Of a stretch of DNA of 63,955 bases, positions 38,434 through 51,600 are shown piece after piece. The notes under the pieces were generated by a model. That model ran no database searches, had not been told where the DNA came from, and saw only the letters and a program-made list of their open reading frames with translations. The first letter of the stretch is position 1, and each line of letters opens with the position of its first letter. Origin of the DNA: Geosiphon pyriformis uo1 (Eukaryota; Fungi; Glomeromycota); the NCBI GenBank assembly GCA_016748015.1, contig JAAOMT010000512.1, forward strand, positions 248,046 to 312,000. The letters are read 5' to 3'. The position numbers and the translations under genes are program-made.

Positions 38434-40145
38434 ATGAGGACATATTTGACGAAGAGACTAATTCATGGCCTAAATGTCAAGTTAATCCCGCCGCTGGCAG
38501 CGTACATACTCCCACAACTAAACAGGACACTTTCTAGGTCCCCTATTGATGGCTTTCTAGATCGTCTCATTATTCATCCCTCTGTTGAGAAGTAAGTGTT
38601 CAACCTGGAGACAGAATTCTGGTAAAAATTTAGCTTCAAAAGCAGATTCAGACAGTCAAAGTAAATTAATTGGAGCCACCAGTGTATTTGTCGCATTGAT
38701 GACTGTGCCAACAGACATTGTTAAAAAAGTTTCGTTCCTTCACAAGGCTACACTTTCCCAAGCCTATAAACATGAAGTTGGCAATGAAGAACAAAAGGTA
38801 CAGCTTTTTATTGTTACATTGTGAAAGAGAATGTGATAACCGGTCTGAAATCAAAGATTTTTAATTCAGGGCTGAAGGTGGGCGCTATCTAGAAAGAGTA
38901 TCAACCAGTATTTTTGGAAGAAAGTGATTGTGAAGAGATCGAAAGCGTTGTGAAGGAAAAAGAATGTGAGCCATTATAACTTATAATATTCTGCGTCTGA
39001 AGATTAATGCATCGTTTCGTAGGATGGCCGGTACATTTTGAGTGAGACAAATCACCAGGAGATTGATTTGGAATACACCAAAATGGACAAGACGAAAATG
39101 TGAAAGTTGCGTAGCGGCAAGTTGGTGGAAGATTTATAAAATTGAAAGAATTTTTCGATATGAACAGTAAGTATGGTGAAAGTGCTTTTGTTGCGAATTT
39201 TATACTAATAGGCTCTCAGCGCCATCCATTATTTCATTTTAGATTTGAATGACAACTTTATATTAAAGCATTTTGATGAATCAAATTTCAATGAAATTGC
39301 GGGTATATCTGGCTCCGGTATGCTGGAGGTTTCGGACGAAGTTGTTGAGTACCTCAATCAATTCAGTGACATGATAATGACAAGTTGTCCGAAAATTATT
39401 ATTCAAAAAATAACTATTGTTCGGTCAGTCAATATTCTAGTTTGATTGTGAATCATTTTAGTTTTCCCGATTGATTGTTGCGGGCTTTCGTTTATCAAGT
39501 GGTGAAAGTACCAACCTCGCAATGGCATACCGTAAAAACGCCCAGAGGCTGTCGACAGACTGACGCAAGGTCGGTCATCAGAGGGATGGATTATTGACAA
39601 CGGACAAGATCAAATATGGCGTTAGAAACAGTGGAAAGGTTCAGCACAAAGTTTTTGAAGGAAACTGGATTTAAACTGCCAAAACCGTTGAATGACATAT
39701 TGATGAAGCTGATTGCGAAGGTCAACAAAAATGTGCAAAGCTGCAAACTGTTAGGATTATAAACGCTATTTCTTTGCTGATTGGTTTTTGTAAGTTTTGA
39801 TGATGGTCGTATAATGGACAGTCCCAAGGGATACATTTGCAGAATCAGACGCAGCGACCTGATGGAAGTGCCTGAAACCTTCATTGATCTTGATAATATT
39901 GGCTGCAATCCTCAATGTTAAAGTATGCAGAATTTCTGCTTTTGTTTATATACATGCGTACGTTTACTTGAAATGCCAGGCTGGTGTCCGAGAATCAACC
40001 AAGGTTCTCCACTCTAAAATGATGAACATTACCGCTTCTCACAAAGGCTGCTGGTTTACGGAAATGTCAAAAAGATCCAATCAAAATGCCATTTTGCATA
40101 TCAACTTCCAGGCCAAGACTTTGAATTTTTTCTTATTTGTATAAA
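38434..40145 (+). pseudogene. degraded multi-exon pseudogene of an expanded Mucoromycota family (Crinkler/REase-like C-terminus)
   Basis: Remnant motifs M*KLRSGKLVED, IHYFILDLND, GFKLPKPLNDILMKL and MDSPKGYICR, with in-frame stops and frameshifts. Family assignment is from memory. Confidence 0.5.
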
Positions 40146-40870
40146 TTATTTATGTCTTTATACAGAAAAAAAAGTTTATATTTTAAAACATCTATTATTA
40201 AAATTATTTAAGAATAATTATTTGCATAAAATAAAATTTTCAACAAATTTTTTTATTATTCGGATCTAAAACCATATTTTAATATATGTGAAAGCAATAA
40301 AAAGCCTTTTAAATAAAATAAATTGATATTAATAAATTGATATTAAAAAATTGAAACAAAGTAAAAAAACAGAAAAAATAATTAGTAAAGATAAGGCAAA
40401 TAATCCCGATAGTGAAGCCCTAAAAGAATTTGAAAAACAAAAAACTGAACTAGTAAAACCAAAAAGTATTATTCAAGTGTTTAACCAAAAGAAAAGCTCT
40501 GCATGGAAGTCTAAGCTCGAAAATTAGAAAATCAAACTCAAAAAAACTGAAGAACAAAGCAAAAGCGAAAGCAGAAACTGTGAGACCATTGTGGCGTAAT
40601 TTAGCTTTTTCCTGATTATATACTGTAGATTATATTAATTGAAAGTTGTAAAAGTGGCAGCATCTCTGGAAGATATTGAGTAAATGCCAGGATTTCTGAA
40701 ACTTAATCTCTAGCGCTAGGTCAAAAATATTTTTTTTTTTAAACAAAAAGGACTCGATCAATAATGGTCACCATAAATATCCAAAAAAAGAAAACCCCCA
40801 GCTTTTGTTACAGAAACATGATATTGAAAGGCCTTTTGTTATTGTTTATCAACATTATTTTTGAATATTG

Positions 40871-40930
40871 CTTTCTCTTTCTCTTTCTCTTTCTCTTTCT
40901 CTTTCTCTTTCTCTTTCTCTTCTCTTTCTC
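40871..40930. repeat. (CTTTCT)n microsatellite
   Basis: Read directly; accounts for the spurious FLFLFL ORF. Confidence 0.95.
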
Positions 40931-42594
40931 ATTTTCTCTTTCTTTCCTATTTTTTGATAAAAATTTTCCTTTTTTAATTATGATTATTTAGGAACTAGCT
41001 AAATCATGACAGTTTCTGTCCTGTCTATTTATTAATTGCGATAACCAAAGGTCTGTATTGAAATAATTTCAGTTCATTTTTTCTTGTACAACTAGGAAAC
41101 TACAAAGACTTTAGGAGAATATTGTTTGTAAATGGTTGTACAAACGAGTATCACTACGACCACCAAGTTTTGTTTTTAATTGAAAGGAAATGTCGTTTCC
41201 AAAATTTCTAGGTTTAAAAAAAGATTCGTCAAATGTCTATCCTTTAGAGCATTGTTCAAAAGTTTAATTTCGGATCGAAAAAATATTGATCCGGTTGGCT
41301 CTAAAAGTTGAGGTTCGATATTGCTTTTGATTGGTTAATACAGACCAAGTGATATCAAGTTGGTTAATCGATCGATCGTGTGAGCATTCAATCTCGTTTT
41401 ATCCTAAAAATTTTCATTAATGATTATATATATAAAATTCACATTTCACCTCTTTGTCTATTTACTAAAAAAAGTAGCATAATGTGACGAACAGCTTTAT
41501 TTGTATGTGATACGAATCAAAAATTGTTCATCATTTCTCGAATATTAGAAAACACATAAATACCAATAAAAAATATCCGGCAAAGCATTGTTTCAGCTTT
41601 TCTCCCAAATTCTCCTCTCAAAAGAATAATCAATCAACATTAATTTAACCTAAAAGTTGTCAGAGTAAACTCCGAGAAGGAAATTTTCAAGTAATCTTTA
41701 AATTTCAATATGCACGTTGTAGGTTAAATTGATGATATTCAAAAAAGAAATAAATTAGTTCAAACAGCAAAAAAAGATTTTTCCAATTTATGTTAAGATA
41801 TATTATTATGTTCTTTTGATTTCAAATCATAATGATCATTTTCATGTAAAAAAGAAGGTAACTTCAACCTTGATAATAACTTTAAACCCTTTTTATTCTT
41901 AAATTCTCAACTTTAAAAAATCTATTACCATCATACCTAATTATCATTATCTGTTGAGGTGACGTTTATTAGATGTGTGTTGGCCAATGCCAATCAGGGT
42001 TTTATCACTTGCAGATTATATATATATTTTCACGAGAACATCATTTTGCCCCAATCGATATCTTCTTTCTTCAATTTGACATTGTGACCACCTTATCTGA
42101 AGTTTGTCCTTTCCCAACAAACTCATTGTCTGGTCAAACACTATTTCCTCTTGAGACCCACATTTTTATTGCTACTTCTCTGTACATACTTTTTCAGCGT
42201 ACTTTTTTTTTTTCGGATTTGCCGTTCTTGTCGTCAACTATTTTTTGGTTGGAAAGTTTTTCAAAACTTTACCGTGCACCCGGGTGAGTAAAATAGCTAG
42301 CCTAAATCGTAATTTTTTTTTTAGCAAATTTAAACTTGACCATTATATTTTTATTATTTTTGTTATATATTTTTTTTTTTAAAAAAAAAGGCAATCCACT
42401 CTGCTTTCTCACTCCAAAAGATAATCTTTTTTGATTTTCTCGGTTCTTCAATTTCTCCGTACAACTGAAGCCTATGAGGTGTCTTTATTTCAATTTTTGA
42501 TTTTACGCTTTGTCGTGTCACGAATATCACACATCCTTTCAGAATATAAAACGAAAGAAAGTTTGGAGCAAGAAACTCACTCTGTTTGATAATA

Positions 42595-42875
42595 ATGTCG
42601 CGTGAAGAATACTCCTCTACTGAATCACCCTCAGGAAACTCCTCTTACAAAGAGACACGTGAAAATCTGACAACTTACAATACTGCTATAACGAGTACTA
42701 CTCCAAGTGGTAGAAAGACAGTTTTATCACATTCTTCTCATCTCGGTCAATTACAACCCAAGGGGCACTCTGGATATAACGAAACCAGCTTAAAGGCAGA
42801 CTCTAGTCATGAAGTAAAAATAAATTCGGGCCGAAGACAGCAATGGGATAATGAAAGAGACATTTCAAGGCCTAC

Positions 42876-42907
<32 letters not shown>

Positions 42908-45900
42908 GTAGTAGTAGTAGCCCTCAAATTTTGTCAACACCCCCATCAAAAGACATTAACTCGAATATTAACAAATCATTGTTGAATCATAGTTCAACAG
43001 AAGAATTTGCAAATATTGAGGAAAAAAATTTAGGTAGCAATGATAATGTAGCTGTAGGAATTGCTACTGTAGATAACGAAAATCCACAAGAAATCGGAGC
43101 ATCTAATGTTCAACGAATAAGTGCGAGTGGTGCACAGAGTCAGCAACGGATGCTGAAATTTATACCAACGCGACCTTCCGTCTCAAATTCTACGATAAAC
43201 CAACGTAATTTTTTATCAAATAGCAGTAGCAACAATTCCACAACAACTATTGCCACTATATATCCAAATGGTGGTCCTAACGTGCCATCTTCAATCTATG
43301 AAGAGGTTCTCCCTATTTACACTACACCTTTCATGACTGTTTCAGCTCCATATTTTACCACACCCCAATATTACACTGCTACTGGACAGTATTTTTACGA
43401 TCATCGATTTGCTCGACCTCCTCAAATACCACCTCCCCCTCTTCGATCAAATGTATATCCATATCCTACCTTACCTGTCATTCCTCAGTTGCTTCCCCCC
43501 TCACCATTCCAGAGTCCCTCTCCAACTACTTTAATCCCTCATCATCCACACCAGACACCCACCAGATATTTGAACCCAAATAATACACCAGGTGGTGATT
43601 CTGGATTCTCATCGCGACGAAGCTCTCTTGATCAGATTCGTACTCCGGATTTTGGTCCGCAGCATACGCCAAGAATCCATCAAAAAAAACCAAAGCAATT
43701 GGACAGAGCTCTTTGGGTGGGAAACTTGCCAGACTCAACTACCCATGAAGAGTTGCAAGAATTTTTTGCTGATGAAAACATGGAGGTACGATATCCATGA
43801 TCATTCTTAATCTTTTATTTTATCTCAAATTTTAATTCATTTATTCTTTATAATCTTGTTACTCGAAGAGTGTATTTCTCATCAAAAAGTCCAATTGCGC
43901 ATTTGTTAATTATAAAACTCATGATGCGGTTATCCAGGCAGAGAAAAAATATAATGAAGCTGGTTTGTAGAAAGTTTAGATTCTCCAAAAGTTATACTAT
44001 ATTCGAGCATTCTTTTGTCGTCATGGTTTATCTACTTTAATCGTATCATAATTTGTGGTCTTTCAACCAGAATTTAAAGATGTCAAATTGGTCTGCAGGC
44101 CGAGAAAGGCAAGATATTATTTTGACTACATATTTGGGCTCAAAATATGTTATTTTTTTCCCCGAAATTTAATCAATATTCCTTGTTACTCCTCAAAATA
44201 GAACAATCCAGCCGATTTCAAGGCTAAAATCGAGTCTCTTCCAGATATCGTGACAGAAAACACTCCTCCTACACCGTCCGAAGCGGGTTCCACCACATCT
44301 TCTTCTACAAGGTCCCAAAAGTCTTCGTTACTATTACCCCCACCACCACCACCGCCACCACCACCACAGCGAATAAATACAAATTCACTCGCTTCAACGT
44401 CTCCCACTTCATCAGTCTCTTCTTCCAATAAGCCAACTTCGCAAAATAGGTACTTCATTCTAAAATCGTTGACACAAGATGATTTGGATATATCGGTAAA
44501 GCGTGGCGTATGGGCCACGCAACCGCACAATGAAGCTCCTTTGAATATAGCGTTCAAGGTATATTATTATTCTTACGATTATCTATATGTCTTAATAATT
44601 GAGTCTTGAGCTAGATTATTGTGATGCTAAATTTAAATGTGTTGTAGGGCGCTGAGAATGTATATCTCATTTTCAGTGCCAACAAAAGTGGCGAGTTTTA
44701 CGGATATGCAAAGTAAGCTTTACCTTATTCACATTATCAAGATCTTTTGACTGATTTTGCCTGATTTTTTGCGTTTAACAGGATGGCCAGTCTCATAAAC
44801 AAGGAAACCACCGAACCCATTCAATGGACACCTATTGACGAAGCGGCATTGGCCGCCTCCTCTTCAAGACCTTCCCCTGTACCCGAAGAGATGCAAATAA
44901 AAGTCAAAAAAACCCAAGAAGATGATAGTGAGGACTGCGAAGATGATGGTGTTCCATCAAGAAATTGGGGAACAGGTTTCAAAGTGGAATGGATAAAAGT
45001 GTTTGTACTTTTCTTCTTTTGCAACTATTTCTTCAACTATTTTGAATCATATTTTGATTTTACCGTTTTCCAATAGGCAAAAGCTTCCATTTACACGCAC
45101 TCGCCATCTGCGAAATCCTTGGAATGCTGATCGTGAAGTCAAAATTAGTCGTGATGGCACAGAGGTAGAATCAGTTGTTGGCGAACGTCTTATCGCCGAA
45201 TTTCATAAAGCTTCGATACCGTTACCATATCAAACTTTGCCTGGACCCCTTTTGGCCCAGCCTTTGAATCTTGAATCTCAAAGTATTCGCGCAGATATTC
45301 AACCCAGGTAGCAATTGTTTGACGCAGTTTACTATTTCAATTTCCTTCTTATTTCTTATAGATTTTATCTCCCAATTTTTATCCCCAGATCAATCCAACC
45401 AACGTCACAGCCACAGGCTGCCAACACTTTGCCAGGGCCCATCCCACCTATTATTGATCCTAATTTCATGCAGAGTCCACAAACATTTTTTGCTCCACCT
45501 CCCCCTGGACCTCCTGCTTATTGGCATCCACAGCCAATAATGATGTCTCCATATGTTGCTAGTGCTGGACCTCCAGGATACATTCCATCGCCTCAACCTG
45601 CATGGGCAACACTTACGAATAAAGATTCTTCAAATGTAGCTGTACGTGTCCAACCACCGCTACAGAATGGTGGTCTATCTGGAACCTCTAACATTGGGCC
45701 AATGATACCGATTGATCCTCAACAACAGCAATACGTGGAGGTAATATGGGTAAATATATGAATTCTGAGTGGACGGAAAGAAAGAAACTGAAAGACCCAT
45801 ATCACCTCTAGCCTCGAGTTTTGAAAAGATTCTTTAACCTAATTTCCCCATTTTCAAATAGAGCTCTATGCCTCCACATCATCCGACCCATTATCAACCT

Positions 45901-46003
45901 ACACACACGCTTTCACATCCATCACATCATTATCAAACAACACCGGTATCACAAACTTATTACAGACCCGAAGATAATCGTGTTGATAATCAAATATCGT
46001 ATC

Positions 46004-46034
<31 letters not shown>

Positions 46035-46110
46035 GCAGCAGCAGCAGCAACAACAGATTGGCACCGAATCAGAAATCGATTCTGTTTTATGTGACTCGAG
46101 TAGTGTGTAA
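42595..46110 (+). CDS. RRM + YTH-domain RNA-binding protein (YTHDC1/Mmi1-like m6A-reader fold), with low-complexity N/P/Q tracts; GC-AG intron at 44109-44201
   Basis: RRM: ALWVGNLP..SVFLIKKSNCAFVNY. YTH: RYFILKS..GVWATQPHNE..VYLIFSANKSGEFYGYA..FKVEW..HLRNPWNADREVKISRDGTEV. Confidence 0.92.
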
Positions 46111-47599
46111 AGCATGGACCAAAATCTTGAGCATCAGGTCTTTCACGGAACATGTGTAATTTTAACAGCTTTTACTTGTATAATTGGTGTACTTCCCTAT
46201 TTTGTAAAATCTGTGTGCTTTTTTTCAATTTACTAAAACAGGGGTCAAATCTCTCTCTTTTCAGTAGTTAACATGAATCCCGTTATTACAATTTGATTCC
46301 CTTATTTTCATCTTTCCATGTTGTTTTCGTTTAATTTTTTATTAGGAGTATGTTTTGATTATTCTTACATTTTCTTTCAAGTTTTCACTTATTCGATGTG
46401 ATCATTCTGGTGGTGCCCAAGGTAAACCTGGTCTCATGCTTTATTTTGTAACTTGTCGTTGTACTTGATCTTGGGGACCTGTGTTCGATCTATATTGTAT
46501 TTTTTAAATCAAGGGTTGGTTAATAATGATATTGAGTTGAAGTTGAAAGTTTCTTTGAACATAATGAACATAAAATATTTTTGTGGCCTTTTTATCTACA
46601 ATGTTGTGGATAAACAAAACTAGGATTCAAATTTTGAAATTTATAGCGGGGATCGGGTATACTGGCGAAAATCATAATAGCGGTTAGACCATCCGAATTT
46701 TGAAGATTCCGTTTTCAGCAAATATGTCTATGTTTCATAGTATTCAAAATCTTTTTTTCGCCTCGGTAAAATATTCAATTCGTTTGTGTTTTACACCTAA
46801 AACCATGGAACTTGATGAAATTTGTACCAAGCCACATAAATATGGTTTTGTTTCAATTTTCCTTATATAAATTCCTCGCTTGAACCAAATTTCTTGAAGA
46901 CAAAATAAAACTTGACTTTTTGATTATGCCTCTGAATTACAAAAGTAGAAAATGAGGAATTTTCCCTGAACAATTAGATCAAAGAGTTCACGGAAAACAA
47001 CCAATTTGTAAATTTTTTAAGGCGTACTGCAATAAAACCACACAAAATGAATATTCAGAAACAAGTTGTTTGCCCTCACTAAAGAATATAATATTCCGAG
47101 CAGATATAATTACAGTAACTAATTCTGACTACAAATTTATTAAGAAATTAATGGGCTTTAATCCCTTTCATCGTTTGAGGCATGTACAACTGATTGTCAT
47201 TATTCCAATGTTGATAGACCACAAAAATCCAGATTAGTGAAGTTTACGACTTTTATGATGTCGAACCCAGTGGCTTTAAATAATTGAAAACAGATACTTG
47301 AAAAACACGGCTTTAAAAGCAGACAGCAGTAGAACATAACATAAATCTTTTTTTACAATGAAACCCCAAGATTACTCATTTGTGAATTTGGTAAAATTCA
47401 AATAAATTGAAAAATGAACTAGCAAATTTATTTTATGGCAAACTTATAATCAATACATTAAAATTCTAAAATATGTATTCATGTTTTATCAAATAGTAGA
47501 AAATTTATTTTGTCTTTATATTATGTAAATCAAACAATAGCATTTTTTATTTATATTACATAATTTTCATAGGTTCTCGAATTTTATTAATATATTTTT

Positions 47600-48650
47600 A
47601 ATATAAATCCTATTTTTTGTAATAACAAAAATTTTGTTTTTTTTAAAAAACTTAATTTATATACATTTTTTTAATGCTATAACAAACTGTAGCCCAATTA
47701 TTGTTTAATACAATATAACCAAAAAACAAGTCCTAAATTAAATGTGATTTATGTATTTTTTATATATAACTACCTATTTAAGCCAGTCAAAATTAAACTA
47801 TATTGAATTTATAAAAGCGAACTTATTCAAAAAAAAAAAATTTTGTATAATTGCAAACAAATTATTATTACCAAAAACCAAATTAGTCAACTATATAACA
47901 GTTTTATTTATATCAAATTTAATATTAAAAGTCTATAACACTTAAAATATTATTATTAGCAAAAGTATTCTTACTAATAAAAGAATATAAATTATTATTG
48001 ATTATATTATCATTAAAAAAACCATTTATATTACATTTATTTTAAAATTAACAATTTTTTTACTTAAATTTTTAAATATTTTTATCAATTACAAGAATTT
48101 TTTTACTTATTTTAGTATTAAAAAAAAAAACACTGACCAATTTTATAATCAAAAGAATTAGAAAATTAATAATAACAATAGCAATAAAAAAACCAAAAAA
48201 ATAATAATTTTTAACATAAAATTTTGTATTAATAAAACAAAACTCAAAAATTTTGAATTTAACTATAGGCTTAAACAAAAATTTTGGAAAAAAAATAAGA
48301 ATATCTTGTAATTAAAGACTAAATAATTTAAATTTTAATATTTAAAACAGTATTAAAAATTAAAAAATTTTTATCAAATACAATTTTTTTTAAAGTACTA
48401 ATTTTAATAATTACAATATTTAAATTTTTTAAAAACAAAAAACAAAAATCTATTTTAATTATTAAGTAAATTTAAAAAACTAAAAAATAAAGTATTTAAA
48501 AAACCAAATTACTTTCTTAAAAATAATACAATCAGAAAAAAAATTTATTAACTTGGTTTTAAAAATGGTTTAAAAATAATAATTTTTTTAATAAAAATTA
48601 ATTAACAAGTCAAAATAATATTTAAAAATATATATAACTTAATAATATTT
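47600..48650 (-). mobile_element. AT-rich relic, probably the same decayed LINE ORF1 family as 17-19 kb
   Basis: Shares a residual motif with 18545-18595. Extreme G/C loss. Confidence 0.4.
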
Positions 48651-51600
48651 TTTTTTTATTACAAGTTTTACGAGTGAAGCCTAACCACTATCTAGTACAT
48701 AAAACCAAACTAAGTAAAACCAACTAAACACAGCTTATACACAGACTACATGTGGCTAACCACTTGAACCAAACAAGACAACACTACACATCTATGATAA
48801 CAAAAGCATCACCATCCAAATCAGAGAAAAAACAACACAATTTGAACCTACCAAACCTAACAGCAAAAGATTCTATAACACCAAGCATATAGACAACACC
48901 AGTCAACAACATAGAAACTACACTGCTGGACAAGCCAGAAACTATACCATTATCTTCAACCAAGCCAGCTTTTTCCATCTCCACTCTATGCTTGGCCCTA
49001 ATAGTTCATATTCAAGTGCACTGCAACTCCACCACAAATTTGATGTATTCTACAAGAGTCTAAGTAGCTTTCTTTTTTCCATCAAAAACTAAAACAGCTT
49101 TGGTATATCAATTCCTCATTACAAAACCCTTGCATATTACCATATAAAAACTCATATTCAAAAAACATAATGAGAGTGAGAGCAGAATAGCAGATGGAGA
49201 TAAACTTAAAAGACCAAACATTGACATCTATTTTTCAGTAGCTTCAACCAAAATGTCTCTACAGAGACCAAAATCACTAAAACAAGCAAAAACATAATCC
49301 GAAAACTCCACCTTGTCACACAGCAAACACAAAACATCAGAATAACCTCTGTTATACAACCTTTTTTTAACTGCAACTGGCAGCTGCTTATATACAGCCT
49401 TTATCAAATACATGCGTAAATTGGCTAACTTTCTACTGGTGAACTCAGAAAGCATATGTGAATTAAGATGCTAAATTGTTACAGTAGTATCTTAATCTAT
49501 TTCCTTAATCATAAAATTTGGAACTATATCAAAATCTGGACCAGCCTCTCAACAGACATGGCATATTGATTGGTGTAAGTTCTAAGCAAAATAACAAATA
49601 TTGCCAAATATAACAGTCTTCTCAGCAACTAAAAACCTCTTCCAGATTTTAACTGGCAAAAAAAGAGATGAAGAAGTAGTCTTATTAGCCAGCACATCAG
49701 TTCTTATGTTGCCCAATACATCTGAATGTCCTTTAACTTTTATCTACTTAATTGAAATATTCTTGTCTTTAAGAAGATTGACAATTTGCAATCTTTCAAT
49801 CCAATATTGGTTATAGAAGTCAGATGTAGTCAAAAAAGCTTCAGAAATACAGGCATCAATCATAGATTGACTATCTGAGTACAAAACCACTAAGCATGAA
49901 GATAAAACACACTTCAAAGCCAACACTACAGCTTGCAGTTCAGTTAAAGTAGAGAACAAAAGTCCAGCGATCTTAACTCCAATGCCTACATTCACAGCCA
50001 GGAAGTATGCAGCCACACTACCTATCACCTTAACAGAACCAGCACATCTCAAGGACCCATCTGTATAAATCTCAATACAATCAGATCACACCTTCAGTAG
50101 ACTATTATGAATCTCAGAAAACCTATCAGAATCTAAAACACTCAGCACATTCTCCTTAGTAGTAGTAGCAGTTCCGACTCCCAAAGAAACAGAATTGCTC
50201 ATAAAATTAGATGTCAAAGAAAACCAGTAAGGCACAAGGCTCCTTGGGTCTAATCGCTTCCAATACCAAAATGTTTTTCAGTCCATCACCTTTCTTTTCT
50301 TGTTAAGAATTCTGTCACCAAAAGCAACACCAAAATGCTTCAATAAAAAAACAAATTTGTAATACAAAAACTGCCTCAGAATGCCAGACATCAGAAAATT
50401 ACTAGACCCACAAAAGGCACAAAATAAATTGTTCACTAAAGATAATTTATTCTCCAAAAAAATTTTCACCACCCTTGTCAAAAAATTGTTAACAGGACTA
50501 ATATACAACCTAACAGGAAATTGCAAAGGATTCAGAGGAAACCATCCCAGAACTTGCAAATCCAAAAATCTATGATCAAATAAACATCCAAAAATACTGT
50601 GACCATTAGAAAATGAAATTAGTAATACCAGCTTTTCTTCAGACTGTATTTGTTTAAAGAGCTTTAAATCATATAAAGAAGGGTGGTACAAGATCTCACT
50701 GGGAAAGTCATGTGGCAAACTAGCTTTGGCTCTAAGACTTTTTCTAATCATAATATCTCACTTATGACACACATCTAATGTAAAAAAACTGAACTGGGTA
50801 CAATATCTAACAATGGGTTGCAAAACTGCCAAAACCAAATAACAGAATTGTTTATCCATAATAGCCTTTCTCAACACTATATTAGAAAAAAACCTAACAT
50901 TCTTATAGACTTGAGCCAAACTGGGCTTAAAGAGACCCTCAGTTAACAAGAAGATACCCAAATATCAATATAACTCACTCTTTTTAGCAATTGAAATTGG
51001 CAATTCATTGATTAATAGCAAAGCATCCTTAACTCCTTAATTAATAAAAATTGCTACTGTCTTATCATTATTAATTGAAATGTCATTAATCACAAAAAAT
51101 TCACTAGCAATGTTTAAAATATACTATGTAGACATCTGATTACTTCTAACTCAAATCATATCATTAACAAAAGTGCCTGCAGCCAAAAAAAAAGTTTTTT
51201 CTCTACTTGCCTCAATCCTGCCAGACTTTACTATAAACTTAGAATCAATCTTATACCTGCATAAGTGCTCATGTCTTTTTACTTTACACAAAAGTGGATC
51301 ATAAAATATTTTTTAAAGCAATAGAAAAAAGATTTTCCCTTAATCCAACTCATCATGTACTCTATAACCATTTAAAAACCCAAAGTCAGTTATCACTCTG
51401 TTGACCTGGTTCTCATGAATGTTGCCAAAAAATTGGATGAAACATTCACACATTTTGATGTGACACAAGTTTGTTCGCAAATAATGTCAGCACACTAAAT
51501 CATAAGCTTTGTGCATATCCTGCTGTTATCAGTAGAATTTTAGCTATTAATTAGCATAAAATTACTCTTATAATTTCTATAATTAATTAGTATATTAATA

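Noticed and set aside
40340-40590. K/E-rich coding-like fragment that might derive from Mollicutes-related endobacteria
   Set aside because: Short, interrupted and low-complexity; no recognisable motif supports horizontal transfer.
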